In this document: one piece after another, positions 6,481-14,805 of the stretch
How positions within the stretch are numbered: the stretch's first letter is position 1
Layout: every line of letters begins with the position of its first letter
Assembly: GCA_049472335.1 (NCBI GenBank)
Contig: JBLIRO010000072.1
Location: forward strand, 1-25,216
Direction of reading: 5' to 3'
Source: a bacterium
GTDB lineage: Bacteria; SZUA-182; DTGQ01; JAFGSM01
Length of the DNA stretch: 25,216 nt
Translations under genes and position numbers: made by a program
The notes under the pieces: generated by a model
Database searches by the model: none
Seen by the model: the letters and a program-made list of their open reading frames with translations, nothing else
Told to the model about the DNA's origin: nothing

Positions 6481-9400
6481 CTAGCGCCGAGAAGGAAAAT
6501 AATTAACGTTGATGTCTCGAAAACCTGCTAGTATGCGACTGGAAGATTCGATCGGATCTATGCCATCTCCCACGATAATACTCCAGGCATCGTCGAATCC
6601 ATTTATGTCGTTCTGTCCGTTCAGCTTGAAATCGAAGACAATCAGAGAAGCATTGAAAGAATCATTAGGATCGAGCCAGGTTATAGCAGAGGGAAGGTCC
6701 GAGAGACTCCAGCTTGTTAAGCTTTGATCATTAGGATCCATAAAGACCTGCCATGACCATTCCGGATTGTCTGACTCTAGTTCGAGTAAAAGTACGTCCT
6801 TATTATTCTGTCCTTGAATCGACCAACTGAAGGTATGAGTCAGAAAGTTATAGTTCGCGTCTATATAATAATCCGGCATAGCGATTACCAATGAATCATT
6901 AATACTATTTTGTCTCACAATTCCTGCATTAATCATCCTATTGACATAATCGAAAGCCCCGCCACTTAAATAATAAAAATCACAAGGAAAGGCGCTCGAC
7001 ACCTTAATAGTGCCGGAACTCCTTGAATTGGAATCATAGAAACTTCCCAAAACATACGGCACACCTTTTCGATTACCCATGATTCGTAAAGAGTTAATAT
7101 ATGCCGCTTGCATTGTATCCCCGATATTTGCATTCCATGAGAGGATATTGGGATCCTTGTCTAGATTGATGGTGTATTTGCCATCCTGAACTATGTTCTG
7201 ATCCAAAAGCACTCCGTACTTTAAGATAGAAATATACTCCATTCCCCATTCACAGGCCTGCCCCAGGAGACTTAACTTCCCATCGCTTTGAATAAACTGT
7301 TCACATGCGGGTACCGGCAAATTCTGATCAAAAAACCCTTCTTCAACCCGGAAGCCAGGCTGGACCAGAGGATAACCAGAACCTGTAGCTCCGGTAAAAT
7401 ATACATTTATATTGGCTTGAGGAGATTGACACGGTATTTCCATCCCATAATACATTCTTATCTGATCCAAAGATAATTCAAACAGATCCGGAGAATCATC
7501 ATCTCCATAATCAAAGTAATATTCCATATCGTCTTCCACAAGAATATTCACATATGTTGAGATATCCTGGTTGGGATCGTCCTTTAAAAATGTCAAAGTT
7601 GCACGCAAACGGCCAATCGTGCCAAAATCGGCCACACCATTGGGATCCGTTATCTTGTAGTTCTGAATGGTTTTATTGTCTTCGTTATGGAGAATTACAT
7701 AAATCCCGGAAACAGGTATTTTATCGCTTGGGTTGTCTAAAACCGTTACTTTGAGCTGGGTCTCACCCGCAGTGGAGACCACGACAAAGGACATTTCCCT
7801 ATAAGCCGATTTACCCCTCTCGTCTGTTACCGTAACTTTTACAGTAACCGCCCCGGGTATTCCGGGCGCTGTCCAGATCAATGATGTTCCGTCTCCCGAA
7901 TTTGGATCACCCGCATCAACCTGCCAATCATATTGCAGATTTTTGTCATCCCCGTCAGGATCATTTGCCGAAACCGTAAAAGTCACTTGTTCATCGACAA
8001 GGACCTCGTCTTGGGAACGATCCAGGGATATTATAGTTGGTGCCTGATTCGGAAGAATAAAATCTACTACTGCAGGGATGTTGGCATCATCAATCGTCAC
8101 AGTCTCGATAGCGTATCCCGGTGCATATAGTTTTATTCCCTGGTTCAAAGGCACATTTCTTAGTATGTATTCACCCTCGTTGTCTGTTGTAGCTGTGGCA
8201 ACTTTGCCATTAAGTGTTTCAAAATTTGCATAAATTGTAAAATCGACAACAACAGGCCCGCTCTGATCAAACCTCCTGACCGAACCCGTGATCTCGCCAG
8301 GAAAGCCCAACATAATATCATTATCCAGTAAAAGGCACTCATTGGGATCGATGCCGTCCAGAGTACTACCCTGGTCAGTTTGAACATAAATCGCTCCCGT
8401 ATTAGGATCACCTTCATTAGGATCCGTAACAGTGTAAGCTAGATTAAGATCGCCCATTTCCACCCAAATCCTTACCGACTCAGAGGCCTGACCGGGATTG
8501 CTCTTCTTGACATTTACACAGCCTATACCCCAGGTATCGGTAATGGCCGGCATTGATCGACCATTGTATGTCACACCCTCAGCCATCACACTAATCCCCG
8601 GCAATGGATTCTGATCAATATCCACTACACGCACGCATACACACGCGTGTTCTCGCAGGGGACGGTCCGCATTCCACCAGGTAAAATGGGCCACTTTGGC
8701 TTCGAAAAACAGAATCCCCGTATTGGGATCTTCTATCACCACAGCATTATCCATTACATCCGGCGTTATTGGATCAGCGTCCTCCTGTATCCAAACGCCT
8801 TTATCCTCATCATATGACCACCACTCAATCTCATCATTTACACTATATTCCGTCTGAAGCGAATCAGGAATCCGTATTCGGAGCGTAGCGGGTTTATTGG
8901 AATCAAGTTCCCTATACTCGTTACCCTGATTATCCGTGATGGTGATCTCAGCAAAAACCACGCTTTCGAGCGGTATGCTCGGTTCTTCTTCATCTTTCTC
9001 AGCAGCCATAAAATCTCCGGGAAAGATGTCTTTACCCTCTGGGGTGGAAGGATCTCCCGTCAAAGCGTGAACGGTCACAGTCTCTCCCGATGGCACTCCC
9101 TTAAGGCTATCTGAGGGAAGTACTATCTGAAATGTCTTATCATTTGGATCTGTAGGCTCAATAACAGGGGGCGGGCTTGCCGGGTCAAGATTTGAGGAAA
9201 TAAAGGTATATTTGGCCAGTTTAGCAGTTACATAGAAGTAACTCTTTTCACCTGCAAGAAGGCTTTTCTGGTAAGTTGCGTAACCATCCTTTTCGTAGGT
9301 AATTATTATTCGTCCCGAGCTGGAAGCCGGTACATTTTCCAGTTGATAGAACCCATTTAAGTCTGAGATTGTCGAAACGTCTCCTGAAGAAATTTTTACT

Positions 9401-9558
9401 CCGGACAATCCCCCACTACCAGTAATCTGGCCTATTATCTCTACCCGTCTGATCGGTTGAACAGTGCCGTCATCATTACCACATGCAGACAATCCAAAAA
9501 CTATGAGCATTAAAGAAAAAAATGTAATCCATGATCTTTTATGAAACCATTGTCTCAT
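6481..9558 (-). CDS. Large acidic lipoprotein with carboxypeptidase-regulatory-like beta-sandwiches, an HFTWWNAD (ZU5/CILP-like) domain and a PKD/Ig-like domain
   Basis: Lipobox LSAC at residues 23-26; 'SD.NG.Y.L.NVP' and 'TD.EG.Y.L.NVP' repeats; 'NQAPTI...V.A.DPDGD..L.Y.W...WTAP...V.VTD.RG' PKD-like segment; AAAGGAGG SD. Confidence 0.85.
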   Translation of the reverse strand: MRQWFHKRSWITFFSLMLIVFGLSACGNDDGTVQPIRRVEIIGQITGSGGLSGVKISSGDVSTISDLNGFYQLENVPASSSGRIIITYEKDGYATYQKSLLAGEKSYFYVTAKLAKYTFISSNLDPASPPPVIEPTDPNDKTFQIVLPSDSLKGVPSGETVTVHALTGDPSTPEGKDIFPGDFMAAEKDEEEPSIPLESVVFAEITITDNQGNEYRELDSNKPATLRIRIPDSLQTEYSVNDEIEWWSYDEDKGVWIQEDADPITPDVMDNAVVIEDPNTGILFFEAKVAHFTWWNADRPLREHACVCVRVVDIDQNPLPGISVMAEGVTYNGRSMPAITDTWGIGCVNVKKSNPGQASESVRIWVEMGDLNLAYTVTDPNEGDPNTGAIYVQTDQGSTLDGIDPNECLLLDNDIMLGFPGEITGSVRRFDQSGPVVVDFTIYANFETLNGKVATATTDNEGEYILRNVPLNQGIKLYAPGYAIETVTIDDANIPAVVDFILPNQAPTIISLDRSQDEVLVDEQVTFTVSANDPDGDDKNLQYDWQVDAGDPNSGDGTSLIWTAPGIPGAVTVKVTVTDERGKSAYREMSFVVVSTAGETQLKVTVLDNPSDKIPVSGIYVILHNEDNKTIQNYKITDPNGVADFGTIGRLRATLTFLKDDPNQDISTYVNILVEDDMEYYFDYGDDDSPDLFELSLDQIRMYYGMEIPCQSPQANINVYFTGATGSGYPLVQPGFRVEEGFFDQNLPVPACEQFIQSDGKLSLLGQACEWGMEYISILKYGVLLDQNIVQDGKYTINLDKDPNILSWNANIGDTMQAAYINSLRIMGNRKGVPYVLGSFYDSNSRSSGTIKVSSAFPCDFYYLSGGAFDYVNRMINAGIVRQNSINDSLVIAMPDYYIDANYNFLTHTFSWSIQGQNNKDVLLLELESDNPEWSWQVFMDPNDQSLTSWSLSDLPSAITWLDPNDSFNASLIVFDFKLNGQNDINGFDDAWSIIVGDGIDPIESSSRILAGFRDINVNYFPSRR

Positions 9559-9610
9559 TTCCAGCCTCCCTCCTTTAATATCTGGATAAAAAGGATAAAC
9601 TATTTAAAAA

Positions 9611-9639
9611 AGTGTAATGACCTTTTACAAATTTGTCAA
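9611..9639 (-). promoter_or_regulatory. Sigma70-type promoter of the lipoprotein gene, overlapped by a TGTAA-N7-TTACA palindrome
   Basis: Minus strand TTGACA (9639-9634)-17 nt-TACACT (9616-9611), about 50 nt upstream of the ATG; palindrome at 9613-9629. Confidence 0.65.
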
Positions 9640-9863
9640 TATTTCCATTCTAAAGTATTTTAAACAGAAATGATCAAGGATAAAAAAATCTCCGATAAAA
9701 CTTTATAAGGTTTAAGTGTTGAATTCGAGATAGAAAATAAAACTCACTTCCGGATTGCAAAACTTAGCCGAGCCTCGATTTCAATACTTGTAGGAAAAAT
9801 TGGTAATGAGAGCCCCCCGATCTTAAATCCAATGTCACAAAAGGAAAAACATCTTAGCTACTT

Positions 9864-11207
9864 ATGTGTGACAATTCATTAATTATCTCAGAAAACAAAA
9901 TATTAAAAGAAAGAATAAGAAACCTGGAGAACGAGCTTCAGCAACTGGACCTTCAATACTTTTATTTTAAGACACTTTATGATGCCAGTCAGGAAATAGC
10001 CCCGCTCAAAAATACGAAAGAGATTATGAAGGCTTTCCTAATGACAATACTGGGCACATTCGGCATCTTCAACGGTTTCATAATACTTCTGGACAAAGAG
10101 AACAAAAAAATTGACTTTTTTGAAAACAGTTACAAAAAAAAATGGTCTTTCCGGCCTGTTATGGAATTTTTTGAAGGCAACCTTTTGAATATCTTTTCGA
10201 AAAAAAGGCCTCTTATCTTTTTTGATGAACAGCCATTAAACCACGCATCACAACTTAGCAATGAAAAGAAAAAATTTTTCAATTTTTTAGTATCTTCAGG
10301 TACTTCCTCATTCGTCCCTTTTGATATTGGCAAAAGGTTTTCCGGAGCAATCGCGCTGGGTAAAAAAATAAATGAAATGCCGTTCTCTCAAATCGAGCGT
10401 GAACTTTTATCGACCCTTACAAGTCAACTGGCCGTTCATATCCTTAATGCCAAATCTTTTGAGACCATCCAAAATCTGAATATAGACCTTCATATCAAAA
10501 ACAAAACACTTGAAGAAACTCTAAAAAAGATCCAGTTGCTTGAAAAGGCCAAAGCCCTGTTATGTAAATTTGTGCCAAAATCCCTCGAAAAACTCATAGA
10601 AGACCATCCTGAATCACCGGACCTTGAAAAAAAGGAACAGGATATCTCAATCCTGTTTCTGGATATAGAAGGTTTTACAGCCATAAGCGAACAACTCAAA
10701 TATGAAGGAATCACTAAGCTCATCGAGACCTATTTCTCACATTTTTTTGATGACATCCATCGATTTGGAGGAGATATCAATATGACTTCCGGGGACGGTC
10801 TCATGATAATCTTCTATAATATCGACAAAAAGACACATGCATTGAATGCGGTTAAAACTGCCATTTCAATAAAACAAAAGACATTTATAATCAATCAACA
10901 GGTAAAGGATTCCAATACCCCTTTGATCATAAATATAGGGATACATTCAGGGAAGGCATTTATGGGAGCGACTCGCATGGAGGGCTATTATGGAGCCAGA
11001 TGGACCTATACCGCCCTTGGCTCCACTGTTAACATAGCCGCGAGGATAGGATCTTTTGCAAAAAACGGCGAGATATTGGTAAGCGCCGAAACAGCGGCCC
11101 GTATAAGAGAAAAATTTTCCGTGGAATATCTCGGACCTAAAGAATTTAAAAATGTAAAAAAAGAAATATTACTTTACAGGGTCTTGGAAACCCATTTTGA
11201 GGCATAA
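9864..11207 (+). CDS. Cytoplasmic class III nucleotidyl (adenylate/guanylate) cyclase with an N-terminal GAF-like domain and coiled coils
   Basis: FLDIEGFT (metal Asp), GDGLM (second Asp), IGIHSG, 'TYTALGSTVNIAARI' (N/R), ILVS, KNV; GAF-like 'GAIALGKK...FS..E.ELL.TL..Q.AV.I.NA'. Confidence 0.9.
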   Translation: MCDNSLIISENKILKERIRNLENELQQLDLQYFYFKTLYDASQEIAPLKNTKEIMKAFLMTILGTFGIFNGFIILLDKENKKIDFFENSYKKKWSFRPVMEFFEGNLLNIFSKKRPLIFFDEQPLNHASQLSNEKKKFFNFLVSSGTSSFVPFDIGKRFSGAIALGKKINEMPFSQIERELLSTLTSQLAVHILNAKSFETIQNLNIDLHIKNKTLEETLKKIQLLEKAKALLCKFVPKSLEKLIEDHPESPDLEKKEQDISILFLDIEGFTAISEQLKYEGITKLIETYFSHFFDDIHRFGGDINMTSGDGLMIIFYNIDKKTHALNAVKTAISIKQKTFIINQQVKDSNTPLIINIGIHSGKAFMGATRMEGYYGARWTYTALGSTVNIAARIGSFAKNGEILVSAETAARIREKFSVEYLGPKEFKNVKKEILLYRVLETHFEA

Positions 11208-11240
11208 CTTCTCAAAATACCGGGGGATCTTGAGAAAAAT

Positions 11241-11325
11241 TGCAAATTGCAAAATGCAAATTTTAAAATGCAAAATAATGTATTCCTTAAATTTACATTT
11301 TTCATTTTACATTTTGCAATTTGCA
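11241..11325. repeat. Intergenic palindrome made of 5+5 heptamer repeats (TGCAAAW)
   Basis: Left arm TGCAAAT TGCAAAA TGCAAAT TTTAAAA TGCAAAA (11241-11275); right arm ATTTACA TTTTTCA TTTTACA TTTTGCA ATTTGCA (11291-11325); the outer 16 bp are perfectly complementary. Confidence 0.85.
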
Positions 11326-11371
11326 TTACCTACTCCATGCCCACACGGTTTTTGAGTACGTACTTTGAGGC

Positions 11372-14302
11372 ATGATAAGTATCGATAAAAAAAACAGATC
11401 TCCTGATTATCTCATTTCTCTTTTTCTCTTAATCACCATCTCCATTGTTGCCATTTTATATCTCTTTAATATATATCAATGGAGGTCCGCACCTTTCTTC
11501 GGTTTCGGGCACAGGGAATTCAGTGGTTGGGCTATTGTGGGAAGGGTATACGAAGACGGCTATCAGGCGGGCTTTCGTTTAAAGGACAGGATCTTCGAGG
11601 TCAATGGGAAACCTGTTAAGAATCTGGCCAGTTTGAGGCAGTTGGTGAATAGAAAAATCGGGGCATTAAATCAATTTACGATAATAAGAAACGGACAAAA
11701 ACATATAATTTCTTATCATACCGACACATTCGGATTAAAGCGCGCTGCCATGGTTTTCGGTATTTCATGGCTGATCGGCATCCTTATCATTTGCATTGGG
11801 TCCTTTATCTTTTATACTACTCTTGATAAAGAGAGAAATTGGTCTTTCTTTCTATTCTGTTGCTGCGCTGGTTTGATTATGATCTTTTTCAATCGAAGGT
11901 CCCTGTGGCCTGATTGGATTCAAGTATTCGATATTATAGGTTTTTGTTTGCTTCCTGCTACGATTATGCATATGACTCTCATTTCTCCTTTTTACAAGGA
12001 TAATAAGCAAAGGTATTTCCTTTATATATTGATTCCGTATATCATATCCATTTTATTATTTATTAAAATAAAAGCCCTTTCCCTTTCTTTTTCCGAGTCC
12101 CCCAGATATCTGAGGATTTTCATTCTGTTCTATCTGTTTTTTTCTATTTCGGTCTTTATCTATATGCTCCTGTATAAATATAGAAAAATCCCCTATAGAG
12201 TGACAAAACTGAAGATAAGGGTTGTTCTTTTCGGTTTCTTCATAGGCGTTCTTCTCCCATTGGCGGAGCCAATCCTGAACAGCGCCTTTGGCATAATAAT
12301 ATTACCCAATATTGAAATTGCCACATTGCCATTCATCATGGCTTTCCCACTTTCTATTGCCTATGCCATTGTAAAACATGACCTTTTCGAGATAGATATC
12401 TTCATAAAAAGAACGGCAGGGTATTTACTGGCAACAGCCTCCATTGCACTCTTTTATCTATTATTCGTATTCAGTGTAAATCTTTTCCTGAAAACGATTT
12501 TTCTCCAGCATCCGCACTTGGTTAATTTTCTTTTCATATTAATAGTTGTCTTCTTATTCAATCCTATTACAAACATTATACAAATCCTTGTGAATCGATT
12601 ATTTTTCAGACAAAGATACGATTATAAAGAACCTGTCAAACAACTGCTGAAAGACATAACCTCCATTTTCGAACTGGATCTCATTATCAAGAGGGTATTG
12701 AATATACTTTCTAATACCATGTTTATCCAGGATATTCGTATCTTTCTTTATAATATCAAAGAAAATGTATATTTCGAATATGATCCCAATGGGAAAATGA
12801 ACAATGATAAATCTGAAAAGCTTATGGCTTCTTCAAGCCCCCTGATAAAACTACTGGAGAAGGAGAAAAAAGAGATATCAAGGGACAGCTTCTACGATCT
12901 TTCAAAATCCGATCCCTTTGCCGGGGAGATGCTTCTTTTATTTGAATCATGGAATGCCCTGTTAATACTTCCATTTATAATGCATGAAAAACTCTCCGGA
13001 TTTATGATACTCGGGAAAAAGAAATCAGGCAGTTACTACAACAAATCAGATCTGGAGTTTTTAAGGATCATAGCCGATCAGACTGCAATAGCCCTGGAAA
13101 ATGCCAATCTTATCCAAAACAAGATCAAACAGGAAAAAATCGAGGAAGAGTTAAAAATCGCAGGAGTAATTCAACGAAGAATGCTTCCAGATTCGGCCCC
13201 AAAGATGGAAAAAATCTCTATTTACAATCAAATTATTCCAAGCAGTGAAATCGGAGGAGATTTCTATGATTTTATCGATTTTCCATCCCAAAAGGCAGGG
13301 GAATTGGGAATAATCATTGGTGATATCTCGGGTCACGGGATTTCCGGGGCGTTACTTATGAGTGCAGCCCATAGTATATGCCATAATCAGGTCTTTTATT
13401 TAAAAGACATAGCCTCGGTAATGCATTCGGTAAATACCTTGATGATCAAGGAGACCAAAAAGAAGGCCTTCGTTGCAATGATCTATGCCCTTCTTTTATC
13501 GGACGGAAGGATTGTTATGTCAAACGCCGGAATGCTCCCCCCCTTACACTTTAATTATCACAGCAAAGAAATCCGCTTTCTTGAAAATGAAGGAGAACGT
13601 CTTCCGATCGGGATTGTGGAAAACCTTTCTTATACCCCTTTAACGGTTTCACTGGGCAAAGGAGATGTCATTCTTTTCTATACGGATGGTATAGTTGAGG
13701 TTCAAAATCAGGATAAGGAAATTTTCGGCCTTTCCAGACTGAAAAAATTATTTTCATCACTGATATATCTTGAGCCAGAAGAAATATATAATAGAATTAT
13801 AAATAAATTAGAAAATTTCTCCGGCAAAAAAAGCTTTGATGACGACCTGACAATTTTGATTCTGAAACGAACCGACGCGCCTCCCCTTGACACCATTTTA
13901 ACCCTTCCATCCTATTTGATAAATGAAGGTATTATCTTGCAAAGTATTGAATCATTGGCTCAACTGTTTTCATTTGATGATTCTGATGCCACCTGGTTGA
14001 AAGAAGAGGTTAACAAAAGTTTTATAAACGCGATAAAATATTATAAATCAATGAGTAATTGTAAATTAATAGTCTCACTTTTCCCTGAGGGATTGGATAT
14101 CAAAAATAATCTGAAGCATTTTTCAATGAAAGATAAAAAAAACCAAATAGATCTCGAAAAAAACAGAAAAAGAAAAAATCGAAACAAACAGGTCAAAATA
14201 ACAGGTGAAAGGTATTTCCTGGAGCTTGTCCCCAAGGCTCAATCATACGATTGCGTATTCAATAATTGTGTTGGCAGATTAATCGTAAATTTTCTCCAAT
14301 AA
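11372..14302 (+). CDS. Membrane sensor phosphatase: TM - PDZ - multi-TM - GAF - SpoIIE/RsbU PP2C - degenerate RsbW-like tail
   Basis: PDZ-like 'AGFRLKDRIFEVNGKPV...I.RNG'; many hydrophobic helices; GAF 'GFMILGKKKSG..Y...D.EFL.IIA.Q.AIALEN'; PP2C motifs GGDFYD, GDISGHG, YTDG, DDLT. Confidence 0.9.
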   Translation: MISIDKKNRSPDYLISLFLLITISIVAILYLFNIYQWRSAPFFGFGHREFSGWAIVGRVYEDGYQAGFRLKDRIFEVNGKPVKNLASLRQLVNRKIGALNQFTIIRNGQKHIISYHTDTFGLKRAAMVFGISWLIGILIICIGSFIFYTTLDKERNWSFFLFCCCAGLIMIFFNRRSLWPDWIQVFDIIGFCLLPATIMHMTLISPFYKDNKQRYFLYILIPYIISILLFIKIKALSLSFSESPRYLRIFILFYLFFSISVFIYMLLYKYRKIPYRVTKLKIRVVLFGFFIGVLLPLAEPILNSAFGIIILPNIEIATLPFIMAFPLSIAYAIVKHDLFEIDIFIKRTAGYLLATASIALFYLLFVFSVNLFLKTIFLQHPHLVNFLFILIVVFLFNPITNIIQILVNRLFFRQRYDYKEPVKQLLKDITSIFELDLIIKRVLNILSNTMFIQDIRIFLYNIKENVYFEYDPNGKMNNDKSEKLMASSSPLIKLLEKEKKEISRDSFYDLSKSDPFAGEMLLLFESWNALLILPFIMHEKLSGFMILGKKKSGSYYNKSDLEFLRIIADQTAIALENANLIQNKIKQEKIEEELKIAGVIQRRMLPDSAPKMEKISIYNQIIPSSEIGGDFYDFIDFPSQKAGELGIIIGDISGHGISGALLMSAAHSICHNQVFYLKDIASVMHSVNTLMIKETKKKAFVAMIYALLLSDGRIVMSNAGMLPPLHFNYHSKEIRFLENEGERLPIGIVENLSYTPLTVSLGKGDVILFYTDGIVEVQNQDKEIFGLSRLKKLFSSLIYLEPEEIYNRIINKLENFSGKKSFDDDLTILILKRTDAPPLDTILTLPSYLINEGIILQSIESLAQLFSFDDSDATWLKEEVNKSFINAIKYYKSMSNCKLIVSLFPEGLDIKNNLKHFSMKDKKNQIDLEKNRKRKNRNKQVKITGERYFLELVPKAQSYDCVFNNCVGRLIVNFLQ

Positions 14303-14415
14303 ACTCAAAATTTTGAAAACAGTCTCTTTTACCGGGAGAATAACTTTGCATCCTTGTCGGGATCTTTGAAATCTGTCGATATTAGAAGCAGTACAAGGAA
14401 ACAAGGAGACGGCTT

Positions 14416-14802
14416 TTGGTCAATCAAGAGGACATATTCAAGATCAAAAAAGTCAATGATATAGTAGTAATTTCCACATTGACTGATTTCACACTCTCCA
14501 TGGAAAAAATCATGGAAGATCTCTATCAGGAATTATGTGATACTGGTTACAAAAAGATTCTATTTGAATTCAACCCTGAGAATCATATTACCAGCACCGG
14601 GATTGCTATCCTGATCAGTCTGATTGATGAAGGCGCAAAAAAAGATCAGAGAATAGGCTTTATAGGTCTTTCAAGCCACTTTAAAAAAATTTTCAATCTG
14701 ATAGGGATAACCCGTTACGCGACTATTTATAATTCTGTCGAACAGGCAATCCATAATATGTCAGGGGCTTTTTCTTCTGAATACACTGAACAGACAAATT
14801 AA
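14416..14802 (+). CDS. STAS-domain anti-sigma factor antagonist (RsbV/SpoIIAA-like)
   Basis: 'HITSTGIAILI' phospho-Ser loop (cf. DSSGL) and 'KIFNLIGIT....IY.SVEQA'; TTG start with AAGGAG SD. Confidence 0.88.
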   Translation: MVNQEDIFKIKKVNDIVVISTLTDFTLSMEKIMEDLYQELCDTGYKKILFEFNPENHITSTGIAILISLIDEGAKKDQRIGFIGLSSHFKKIFNLIGITRYATIYNSVEQAIHNMSGAFSSEYTEQTN

Positions 14803-14805
14803 AAA

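Noticed and set aside
6409..6483. Pyrrolysine or amber readthrough fusing the lipoprotein to the receiver
   Set aside because: No TM segment would return the receiver to the cytoplasm, other TAGs in the window behave as ordinary stops, and an SD+ATT explains the receiver more simply.
9864..11207. Pycsar/CBASS-type anti-phage system
   Set aside because: No adjacent cNMP-binding TM or TIR effector; the context is regulatory.
11241..11325. CRISPR array or IS ends
   Set aside because: The 7-nt units have no spacers; no cas or transposase gene and no clear target-site duplication.
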